Shown here piece by piece: positions 37,462-45,688 of a DNA stretch of 52,250 nt; the stretch's first letter is position 1, and every line of letters starts with the position of its first letter. Origin of the DNA: Acidimicrobiia bacterium (lineage in GTDB: Bacteria; Actinomycetota; Acidimicrobiia; Spongiisociales; ZC4RG35); the NCBI GenBank assembly GCA_035250485.1, contig DATFFB010000016.1, positions 1-52,250 on the forward strand, written 5' to 3'. The notes beneath the pieces were generated by a model. The model had not been told where the DNA came from and did not search any database. It was given only the letters and a program-made list of their open reading frames with translations. A program made the position numbers and the translations under genes.

Positions 37462-39353
37462 GAGGCTTGCTCCATCAGTCCGAGGACGGCGGCTTCGATT
37501 TCTCCCACCTTGAACGGTTCGCCGGCCACTTTGTTGAGGCCCTTGGCGTCGATCAGGTACTCGGCTCGAATCAACCTTCGCAGCTGACCGTTGTTGAGCT
37601 CCGGTATGAGGACAGTCCGGTAGGAGCTCAGGACCTCACCGAGGTTGGCGGGGAAGGGATTGAGGTGGCGAAGGTGGGCGATGGCGATCGGCTTTGCCCG
37701 ATTGCGGAGCCGGTTGGCGGTGGCCCGGATCGCTCCATAGGTGGAGCCCCACCCGAGCACCAGGATCTCGGCTCCGGGGTCGGCCTTGACGTCGAGGGCG
37801 GGAATGTCAGAAGCGATGTTGGCAATCTTCCATGCCCGGGTGTCGGTCATCAGCTGGTGGTTGTCGGGGTCGTACGACACGTTGCCGGTGACCGCTTCCT
37901 TCTCCAACCCCCCGATGCGATGCTCGAGGCCTGCTGTGCCGGGAACCGCCCAGGGCCGGGCGAAGGTCTCGTAGTTGCGCTCGTACGGGAGGAAATGGCC
38001 CCCTCCGTTGGAAGAGACCGCGAACGGGATCGAGATGTCTGGCAAGGAGTCGACGTCGGGGAGTAACCACGGCTCGGACGAGTTGGCGACGTGGTTGTCG
38101 GACATCAGGATCACCGGCGTCATGTATTTGATGGCGATCCTGGCTGCCTCGATCGCCAGGTCGAAGGCCTCGGCCGGGGTTGGGATCGCGATCACCGGCA
38201 GCGGGGCTTCCCCGTGCCGTCCGAACATGGCGATATAGAGGTCTGACTGCTCGACCTTGGTGGGCATGCCGGTCGACGGACCCGCCCTCTGCACGTCCAC
38301 CAGGATGAGCGGGAGTTCGGTGTTGATGGCGAGCGACATGGCCTCGCTCTTCAGGGCCACGCCGGGCCCGGAAGTGCCGGTAACGCCGAGGTTGCCGGCG
38401 AAGGCGGCGCCGATCACGGCGCCGATGGCAGCGATCTCGTCTTCGGCCTGGAACGTCCGGACCCCGAAGTTCTTATGCATCGACAGCTCATGAAGGATGT
38501 CTGAGGCGGGAGTGATCGGGTAGGTGCCGTAGAAGAGGGGGAGCTTGGCGCATTGGGCGGCCGCGATGAGTCCCCACGCCAGCGCCGTGTTCCCGGTGAC
38601 GTTGGTGTAGGTGCCGGGGCGCAGGGAGGCAGGTCGGACCTCGAAGGTGGTCTTGGCGGCCTCGGTGGTGAAGCCGAAGTTCCAGCCCGCCCGGAGAGCG
38701 GAGATGTTGGCCGCCACCACCGATGGCTTCTTGGCGAACTTGGTCTCGACCCAATCGACGGTTGGTTCCAGGGGTCGGTTGAAGAGCCAGGCGAGGAGGC
38801 CGAGGGCGAAGAAGTTCTTCGATCTGAGGACGTCGCGGCCGCTGACGCCGCTGTCTTTGACGGCCTCCTTGGTCAGGGTGTCCATGGGGATCTCGATCAC
38901 GCGGTAGACCTGGGCAAGGTCGGATTCGAGCGGGTTCTCCTTGTAACCGGCTTTGACCAGGTTGCGCTCGTCGAAGGCTTCCGTGTTGACGATCAACGTT
39001 CCGCCCGGGCGCAGGTCTTTGAGGTTGGTTCGCAAGGCGGCCGGGTTCATCGCTACCAAGCAGTCAGGGGCGTCGCCGGCGGTGAGGATGTCGTAGTCGG
39101 CGATCTGTACCTGGAAGGAGGAGACACCGGGCAGCGTGCCCGCCGGAGCGCGAATTTCGGCCGGAAACGACGGCAGTGTGGAGAGATCGTTCCCGAAATA
39201 GGCGGAAGCATCGGTGAATCGGCCTCCGGCTACCTGCATGCCGTCGCCGGAGTCTCCGGCGAAACGGATCACGATCTTGTCTACGGTCAGTCGGTCGTTG
39301 GGGTGGTCGGTCTGGTTCTTATCAGCCTCGAGAGGCGGGGCAATGGTCTCCAC
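37458..39353 (-). CDS. korA: 2-oxoacid:acceptor oxidoreductase subunit alpha (KorA-type)
   Basis: 631 aa. GDSGDGMQ, YPITPAS motifs. GTG start. Confidence 0.92.
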   Translation of the reverse strand: METIAPPLEADKNQTDHPNDRLTVDKIVIRFAGDSGDGMQVAGGRFTDASAYFGNDLSTLPSFPAEIRAPAGTLPGVSSFQVQIADYDILTAGDAPDCLVAMNPAALRTNLKDLRPGGTLIVNTEAFDERNLVKAGYKENPLESDLAQVYRVIEIPMDTLTKEAVKDSGVSGRDVLRSKNFFALGLLAWLFNRPLEPTVDWVETKFAKKPSVVAANISALRAGWNFGFTTEAAKTTFEVRPASLRPGTYTNVTGNTALAWGLIAAAQCAKLPLFYGTYPITPASDILHELSMHKNFGVRTFQAEDEIAAIGAVIGAAFAGNLGVTGTSGPGVALKSEAMSLAINTELPLILVDVQRAGPSTGMPTKVEQSDLYIAMFGRHGEAPLPVIAIPTPAEAFDLAIEAARIAIKYMTPVILMSDNHVANSSEPWLLPDVDSLPDISIPFAVSSNGGGHFLPYERNYETFARPWAVPGTAGLEHRIGGLEKEAVTGNVSYDPDNHQLMTDTRAWKIANIASDIPALDVKADPGAEILVLGWGSTYGAIRATANRLRNRAKPIAIAHLRHLNPFPANLGEVLSSYRTVLIPELNNGQLRRLIRAEYLIDAKGLNKVAGEPFKVGEIEAAVLGLMEQAS

Positions 39354-39498
39354 TTTGATTTCTTGCTAGACGTTGTTGTTTCATCGGTCGCTTGTCTGTT
39401 CCTCTTCGGGAATCTTCGGCTGTTCGAGGCGAAAGATTCAGCTCGAAGCCACACGATCCCCACCAAGCATCCTAGGGCCGCTTTGTTTTACGTAGGCG

Positions 39499-40761
39499 TC
39501 ACCTGACGATGTGGTGAGGCGGCAGTCTCAGACCAGCCATCCCCTCTCCTTCGAGGCGGCCGGCGAGAGCCAGCAATGCTCCCTCGCGCCACCAGGGAGC
39601 AATGACCTGCAGCGAAGGGGGCGGTAGCGACGCCTGGTCCCCAATGGTCAGGGGCATCACGATGGCAGGTAGGCCGGCGTGGTTGACCAATGAGGAGAAC
39701 CAGGAAAGGACCCCTCGGTAGTGGCGCTCGCCGATTCGATCATCACCGATCACCTTGCGCCTGGCCGCTACCGCCGGCGTGATCAGGAGGTCAACCCGTG
39801 CGAAGGCCGAGACAAAGGCCTCGACCAATCCCGCTCGCCAAAGGTGAGCGGCGGCATAGTCGAGGCCGCTCAGCTGTTCGGCTGCTTCCAGGCGGAGGCC
39901 GACTTCGGGTCCGTAGGGCTTTCCTTCCGAGCGGAACGGCCGGTGCACCGAAGCTGCCTCGAATCCCGCCAGCTCGACGGTCTTCCCCCAGGGCACCAGC
40001 GCGGGCTCATCAACCTCAACCACGTCCAAGCCCAGCGAGATCAGGTCATCGCGGACCCGCCCGAACCAGTAGGCGAGTCCCTCCTCGGCCGGGGCCTGAC
40101 TCACCCACCCGGAGGGGACGCCGAGGCGAAGGGGAGGCGGGATTTCGGGCTCGCGCCCGACCCCGGAGAGGGCGAGGTACACCTGGGCCAGGGTCTTGGC
40201 ATCCCGCGCCATCGGCCCGATGGTGTCCAGCGAGGGAGCGAGGGGGAAGCTGCCCGCGGTGGGAACCCGCCCCCAGGTCGTCTTCAGCCCGTAGATGCCA
40301 GTGAGAGCCGCGGGCACCCGGATTGATCCACCGGTATCGGTGCCAAGGGCGGCCGGGACGAGACCGGCGGCGACCGCCACGGCGGAGCCACCCGAGGAGC
40401 CGCCGGGGGAGGTGGCAAGGTCCCAGGGATTGCGGATGGGCCCGAACCACGGGTTCTCCGAGGAGAATCCGTAAGCCCACTCGTGGAGGCCGCTCCGGCC
40501 TACCACGCACGCCCCGGCCTGGCGGAGACGCTGGATCACCGGGGCGTCGGAGGTGGGGATCCGTCGATAGAACCCAGAGCCGCAAGTCGTGGGAAGTCCT
40601 TCCTGATCGATGATGTCCTTGACCACCAGAGCCAAGCCCTCGAGCGGGCCAGATTGACCACGCGGGGGTCGATGATCGATCAGCGTGCAGGCGTTGAGAA
40701 GATGCTGGTGCTCTTCGAGCCGGGCCAGGGACTCCGCCGGCGACCACCAGCTCTCATTCAA
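39499..40761 (-). CDS. Amidase (amidase-signature family)
   Basis: KD...T (VVKDIIDQEGLPTTCGS) and GGSSGGSAVAVAAG signature. Confidence 0.9.
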   Translation of the reverse strand: MNESWWSPAESLARLEEHQHLLNACTLIDHRPPRGQSGPLEGLALVVKDIIDQEGLPTTCGSGFYRRIPTSDAPVIQRLRQAGACVVGRSGLHEWAYGFSSENPWFGPIRNPWDLATSPGGSSGGSAVAVAAGLVPAALGTDTGGSIRVPAALTGIYGLKTTWGRVPTAGSFPLAPSLDTIGPMARDAKTLAQVYLALSGVGREPEIPPPLRLGVPSGWVSQAPAEEGLAYWFGRVRDDLISLGLDVVEVDEPALVPWGKTVELAGFEAASVHRPFRSEGKPYGPEVGLRLEAAEQLSGLDYAAAHLWRAGLVEAFVSAFARVDLLITPAVAARRKVIGDDRIGERHYRGVLSWFSSLVNHAGLPAIVMPLTIGDQASLPPPSLQVIAPWWREGALLALAGRLEGEGMAGLRLPPHHIVR

Positions 40762-41806
40762 AGCTGATCCCGTTTTGCTCGGGAACGATCGAGATCCAGA
40801 GATAACCGGGGGGCACCGGCATATCGTCGCCGTTCAAGTCACTGAGGATGAGGTGGTCGTCGCTCGACTCCCGCGCCCAAGTCCCCTCCAGCACCCCGCC
40901 CTGCGAGAAGACGTACGCCGTCCCAGTGCCAACGGTGTCCATGGCCGGAACGGAAGTCTGGCCGGCGGGGGCCTGCTCGGTGTATCTCCGGGCAATGATG
41001 ACGACCAACGAGTCGGCTGTTATCTCGTAGCTCTCCCCGTCGGCATCAAGCCCCTGGGACGGGCTCCCTCCGTACAGACGTGCGTAGTTGCGGGCGACTG
41101 GGTTGTACTCCCAGGTCACGAGAAAGCTGTTGCCGAAATTCATCACCACCTGCGATGCGCGCTCGGCTGATCTCGGCATGTCGTCGAACACGTACCAGGC
41201 GGTGGGGGGTTCGTCGGAATAGTCGCGTTCATCGGCGATCTCGCGCAGGGCCTCTGTGCTCGTGTAGAGGTCATGGGGAGCCCGTCGGCCATCGATGCGA
41301 AACATGGCGGGACGAACTTCGCCAATGATCCCTTCGACCTCGGCGCGGAGGCCAGCGATGACCCAGTCCTGGCCACCTGAGATCGCCATGGTGGCGTTGA
41401 GGGGGTTGAGGAGGCGGCCATCGCTCGGCCGCCCGGAGCGGACTGGACCCAGGAACTCGGCGTCAGTGGAGTGGAACAGGGCGATGAAGCGGGTCAGGCC
41501 CTCCACCGGGACCTCGATCACCGCTTCGGCGAGATCGAGACTCGACTGGGGACGAGCGTTGGGGTGATTGTCGACCTTGACCGCGATCACCCGCCGCTCG
41601 AGCGCATCGATATCTTCGACCGGGAGGCCGTTAATGGGCGAGGTCGGAAGCGGTTCCGTGGTGGTCGTCACCGCTTCGGTCGTCGTCGGCGCCTCGGTGG
41701 TGGTAGGGACGGTGGAGGTGACCGTCGGCAGGGTGGTTGTTGTCTCGGTCCCAGACCCCGCACAGGCAACACAAATCAGAACCGAAAGGAGGAGAAAGCG
41801 ACGCAT
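40754..41806 (-). CDS. DUF3048 domain lipoprotein
   Basis: Lipobox LICVACAG, Thr-rich linker, VKVDNHPNARPQSSL motif typical of DUF3048. 8-nt overlap with the amidase start. Confidence 0.8.
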   Translation of the reverse strand: MRRFLLLSVLICVACAGSGTETTTTLPTVTSTVPTTTEAPTTTEAVTTTTEPLPTSPINGLPVEDIDALERRVIAVKVDNHPNARPQSSLDLAEAVIEVPVEGLTRFIALFHSTDAEFLGPVRSGRPSDGRLLNPLNATMAISGGQDWVIAGLRAEVEGIIGEVRPAMFRIDGRRAPHDLYTSTEALREIADERDYSDEPPTAWYVFDDMPRSAERASQVVMNFGNSFLVTWEYNPVARNYARLYGGSPSQGLDADGESYEITADSLVVIIARRYTEQAPAGQTSVPAMDTVGTGTAYVFSQGGVLEGTWARESSDDHLILSDLNGDDMPVPPGYLWISIVPEQNGISFE

Positions 41807-41873
41807 GCGCCGTTCGATCCTAAGACTTGGCGACGATTTATCTGAAGCTCATCTGGCCAGTTGGGACCTCGGC

Positions 41874-42272
41874 TCAGCGGTTGAGGCTCCCCTGCACAGG
41901 CAAGTGGGGTAAGGCGCCTTCGGGCTCGTCGACGACGATGGCCAGTTCGGTCTCGGCGGGTGTCGAATGGAGGGTGTAGACGGCGTCGATGTTGATGTCG
42001 GCATTGGCCAGATTGCGGGCAATCGCCGCAAACTCTCCCGGGGCGTTGGGCACTACCGCTTTGAGAACCTGATATTCGTCGGCCACCACTCCGGCGCTGT
42101 CAAGAGCGCGGCGGGCACGATCGGCATCGTCAACGATGATCCTGATGAGGCCTTCACCATCGAAACCGAAGGCAGTGAGAGCTTCGATGTTGACACCGGC
42201 TTCGGCCAGAACCTCAGCGAGGCTGGCCAGCCGCCCCGGCCTGTTGTCCATGCGGACCACAAACTCGGTCAT
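41874..42272 (-). CDS. ACT domain-containing protein
   Basis: 132 aa. Two ACT-like beta-alpha-beta-beta-alpha-beta units (VRMDNRPGRLASLAEVLAEAGVNIE; VPNAPGEFAAIARNLANADINID). Confidence 0.8.
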   Translation of the reverse strand: MTEFVVRMDNRPGRLASLAEVLAEAGVNIEALTAFGFDGEGLIRIIVDDADRARRALDSAGVVADEYQVLKAVVPNAPGEFAAIARNLANADINIDAVYTLHSTPAETELAIVVDEPEGALPHLPVQGSLNR

Positions 42273-42340
42273 GACGAAAACCTAGTACGGATCGGGAGCC
42301 CATGGGCCCTCCGCATCCGGACCCGCCCTAAGGTTTAGGG

Positions 42341-43063
42341 ATGCCCGGGCGGCATCAACAACCGAGCCCGCGCCTCGGAATCGTGCTGTCGGTGATCGCC
42401 GGTCTGGCGGTCGTGGTTTCGATAATCCTCGCTCTGCGAGGCGGCGAGCCCGAGACGCCCACAACCCTCGCTGTCGCCCTCAGCACCACCACGGTCGTTC
42501 CTACTTCGACGCCAACAACAATTGTCAGCTCCACCACATCCACTGTCCTCGCAACAACCCTGGCCGATCCGCTCGACTCCCTATTCCTGGCTGGCGATGG
42601 CATTGGCGAGATTGGATTGGGCACGGCGGCCGAGACGGCCATCACCCAGCTGTCGGCGACATTGGGCCTCCCTGACGACGACACCGATTGGACGTCGAGT
42701 CTGGGGACTTGTCCCGGAACGGAATCACGGATCGTCCGTTGGTCGAGCCTGCAGATATTTCTCACTAATGGCGAGACCGCCTGGGCCAACGAGCCTCACT
42801 TCTTCCACTACGGGCAATCCCTTGCCGCAGGAGGTGGCGAGTATCTCGATCTTCGGACGGACAAAGAGATCGGAATCGGCAGCACCATCTCTGAGTTGAA
42901 ATTGGCCTACGGCGATGCCGTCGTCATTGGTGACGATCCAGCTTTCGGTCCTTATTGGGAAGTGGCGGGGACCGACCCGTCGTATCTGTGGGGGACGGCA
43001 ACCGGTGTGGCCGATGATTCGGTCATCGACGCTTTGTCCGGGGGCGCCGGCTGCGGCGAGTAG
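42341..43063 (+). CDS. Hypothetical membrane-anchored/secreted protein with Thr-rich linker
   Basis: N-terminal hydrophobic helix (LGIVLSVIAGLAVVVSIILAL), T/S/V-rich linker, then an acidic domain of about 170 aa with two Cys. No family recognised. Confidence 0.6.
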   Translation: MPGRHQQPSPRLGIVLSVIAGLAVVVSIILALRGGEPETPTTLAVALSTTTVVPTSTPTTIVSSTTSTVLATTLADPLDSLFLAGDGIGEIGLGTAAETAITQLSATLGLPDDDTDWTSSLGTCPGTESRIVRWSSLQIFLTNGETAWANEPHFFHYGQSLAAGGGEYLDLRTDKEIGIGSTISELKLAYGDAVVIGDDPAFGPYWEVAGTDPSYLWGTATGVADDSVIDALSGGAGCGE

Positions 43064-43433
43064 CGATCAGCATCCCTTTTGTTGGCACCGGACCAAAGCG
43101 GCGGCTGTCGTCCACGGTGAGCGACCGGTTGTCAGAGAGGACGAACGCGGCGTCCGGACCGACAAGCCAGTGACCTTCAGGGAACGTCGCGCCGTGGCCC
43201 CACAGGTCGAGCCCGGGGCGGCCATCGACTAGGAGTTCTCCGAAGTCGAGATCGATGCGCTCGCCGGGCAGGCCGACGACTCGTTTGACCAGCCAAAAGT
43301 CGGGTATGAGGGGATGGACAAAGACGGCGATCGCCCCTCGGGGTGGGATGCCACGGAGGCGAGTACACCGGAGGCGATCGCCGTCGACAAGGGCTGGTTC
43401 CATCGAGCGATCGGCTACGACGAATCTCGGCAC
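43023..43433 (-). CDS. sodX: Nickel-type superoxide dismutase maturation protease (S26 signal-peptidase-like)
   Basis: Catalytic Ser context DRSMEP and Lys context VKRVVGLPGE, SDNR..S.DSRRFG. Divergent from sodN. GTG start. Confidence 0.88.
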   Translation of the reverse strand: MPRFVVADRSMEPALVDGDRLRCTRLRGIPPRGAIAVFVHPLIPDFWLVKRVVGLPGERIDLDFGELLVDGRPGLDLWGHGATFPEGHWLVGPDAAFVLSDNRSLTVDDSRRFGPVPTKGMLIATRRSRRPRTKRR

Positions 43434-43508
43434 GGGTCGATCGAGTATGTTCGGCTACCCGGGGCCACACAACTAGCCCCCGTCCTGAGGAGAAGGAGGA
43501 TTTCCCCC

Positions 43509-43943
43509 ATGGGTTGGTTCACATCGGTCAGAAGGTTTTTCGAGCTCAAGGTCGCGCATGCCCACTGCGACCTGATGTGCGGCGTGTACGACCCCGCTCA
43601 GGCAAAGATCGAGGCGATGTCGGTGCTCAAAGCCTGTGAAAAGCTGGCGGCGAGCGACGACGAGGTCTTCCGTGATCGGGCAGTGATCATCAAGGAGCAG
43701 CGCGCAGATCTGGTGAAGCATCACCTTTCGGTTTTGTGGAGCGATTTCTTCAAGCCGCATCACGTCGAGGCCTTTCCCGATCTCCATGAGAAGTTTTGGA
43801 TGGCGATCAAGGCGGCGGGTGATGCGAAGAAGTCGAACGACGCCAAAGTGGCCCAGAAGCTGATCGAGGCCATCGACGAGATCTCCGACATCTTCTGGCA
43901 GACCGAGGAATCGAAGGCAAGCGGGGTCTACCCTCCAGCCTGA
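43509..43943 (+). CDS. sodN: Superoxide dismutase [Ni] precursor
   Basis: An 18-aa leader ending AHA, followed by HCDLMCGVYDP (Ni-hook). GGAGAAGGAGGA SD upstream. About 144 aa. Confidence 0.93.
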   Translation: MGWFTSVRRFFELKVAHAHCDLMCGVYDPAQAKIEAMSVLKACEKLAASDDEVFRDRAVIIKEQRADLVKHHLSVLWSDFFKPHHVEAFPDLHEKFWMAIKAAGDAKKSNDAKVAQKLIEAIDEISDIFWQTEESKASGVYPPA

Positions 43944-44004
43944 CCCCTTGGGAAGAGGTGCCACCGCCTCTCCGAGCCTCCCGAACGAACGATCGGTTCG
44001 GAAC

Positions 44005-45393
44005 ATGTATCTCGACGCCATTGCAGACGCCGACCCGTTTCCGTATTGGCTCGACGACGCCGATCTTCCGGATTCGAATTCGACACTCGTTCGGGTCGAG
44101 GATTGTGACCTCGCGGTCGTCGGCGGGGGGTACACCGGGCTCTGGACCGCCATCATCGCCAAAGAGCGGGATCCCACTCGAGACGTCGTTCTGATTGACG
44201 CCTTTTCCGTGGGCTCGGCGGCCAGTGGTCGCAATGGCGGATTTCTCGAATCGAGCCTGACGCACGGTGTTGCCAACGGGATGTTGCGGTTTCCCGACGA
44301 ATTGGGGATCCTCGAGCAATTGGGCTTGGAGAACCTCAACGCGATCGAGGCGGCCATCCGCCGGTATGGCATCGATTGCGATTACGAGCGCACGGGGGTC
44401 ATAGACGTCACTACCTCCGAACAGGGAGTGGAGGATTTCGCCGACGACTTCGCCCTGCTTTCCGCGCTCGGACAGGATGTCGAACTGCTCGATGAGCAGG
44501 CGATGCGCCAACAGGTCGCCTCGCCCACGTACCGCGGCGGGCTTTGGCGTAAAGGACGGGCGGCTCTTGTCGATCCGGCCCGGCTGGCCTGGGGTCTCAA
44601 GGCGGCCGCCGAGTCGCATGGGGTGCGGATCTATGAGGACTCGAAGGCGGCGGCGTTGCGAAAGGATGGCGGCGGAGTTCTGGTCAAGACCGCGCTCGGT
44701 GGTATACGAGCGAAAAAGGTGGCGCTCGCCACAAATGCTTTCAGGCCATTGTTGCGAAGGATCGGCCGGTACATCGTTCCCGTTTACGACTACGCGATGG
44801 TCACCGAACCGCTCACTGCCTCGCAGATGGCCGAGATTGGATGGTCAGGTCGCCAGGGCTTGTCCGACTATGCCAACCAGTTTCATTACTACCGCTTAAC
44901 CGAAGACAACCGGATTCTCTGGGGTGGGTATGACGCCATTTATCACTGGCGGGGAAAGGTGAACCCGCTCTTCGAGCAGCGTCCCGAGACCTTCGCCCTT
45001 CTCAGCCAGCACTTCTTCGAGACCTTTCCTCAGCTCGAAGGAACGAAGTTCACCCACGTATGGGGAGGGGCGATCGACACCAGTACCCGGTTTGCGGTGT
45101 TCTGGGGGACGGCCCTTTCCAAGCGCGTCGGATACGCCCTGGGTTACACCGGACTAGGTGCGGCCGCGGCCCGCTTTGGGGGAGAAGTGATGCTCGATCT
45201 ACTCGACGGCAACCAGACAAAGGCCACGAGCCTTCGATTCGTGCAGAAAAAGCCGCTGCCCTTTCCCCCGGAGCCTTTTCGTTTCTTGGGCATCCAGGCC
45301 ACGCGTTGGGCCCTGGGTCGCGAGGATCGGACCGGCAAGCGCAACCTTTGGTTGCGATTCCTGGATCGATTGGGTCTCGGCTTCGACAGCTAG
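44005..45393 (+). CDS. FAD-dependent oxidoreductase (DAO family)
   Basis: DLAVVGGGYTGLWTA dinucleotide-binding motif. About 460 aa. Start trimmed to ATG 44005. Confidence 0.85.
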   Translation: MYLDAIADADPFPYWLDDADLPDSNSTLVRVEDCDLAVVGGGYTGLWTAIIAKERDPTRDVVLIDAFSVGSAASGRNGGFLESSLTHGVANGMLRFPDELGILEQLGLENLNAIEAAIRRYGIDCDYERTGVIDVTTSEQGVEDFADDFALLSALGQDVELLDEQAMRQQVASPTYRGGLWRKGRAALVDPARLAWGLKAAAESHGVRIYEDSKAAALRKDGGGVLVKTALGGIRAKKVALATNAFRPLLRRIGRYIVPVYDYAMVTEPLTASQMAEIGWSGRQGLSDYANQFHYYRLTEDNRILWGGYDAIYHWRGKVNPLFEQRPETFALLSQHFFETFPQLEGTKFTHVWGGAIDTSTRFAVFWGTALSKRVGYALGYTGLGAAAARFGGEVMLDLLDGNQTKATSLRFVQKKPLPFPPEPFRFLGIQATRWALGREDRTGKRNLWLRFLDRLGLGFDS

Positions 45394-45677
45394 GCGGCGG
45401 CGCCGGGTTTCTTGGCCCCGGGCTTTGCGACCTTCTCTTTGATGTTGGAGGCCTTGGCCTTGGCGGTGTCGAGGAGGCGCCGAGCCCACACGAATTCAGT
45501 GGCAAGGATGGCGAGCCCGGCGAATATCAAGAGCCATCCCGGAACGACGGGGAGAAGCAAGCCGATCAGGCCGGCCAGAACCATGATGGTGCCCCCCACG
45601 ACGGCCACGATTCGGATTAGGAGTGGGCGTCGAGCCCCTTCCCTGACTTCCTCGTCCGTAGTTACCGGGGTTTGCAT
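45390..45677 (-). CDS. PGPGW domain-containing small membrane protein
   Basis: LLPVVPGWLLIFAGLAILATEF (PGPGW-type motif) with two TM helices. 95 aa. Confidence 0.75.
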   Translation of the reverse strand: MQTPVTTDEEVREGARRPLLIRIVAVVGGTIMVLAGLIGLLLPVVPGWLLIFAGLAILATEFVWARRLLDTAKAKASNIKEKVAKPGAKKPGAAA

Positions 45678-45688
45678 GATCTGTGACG

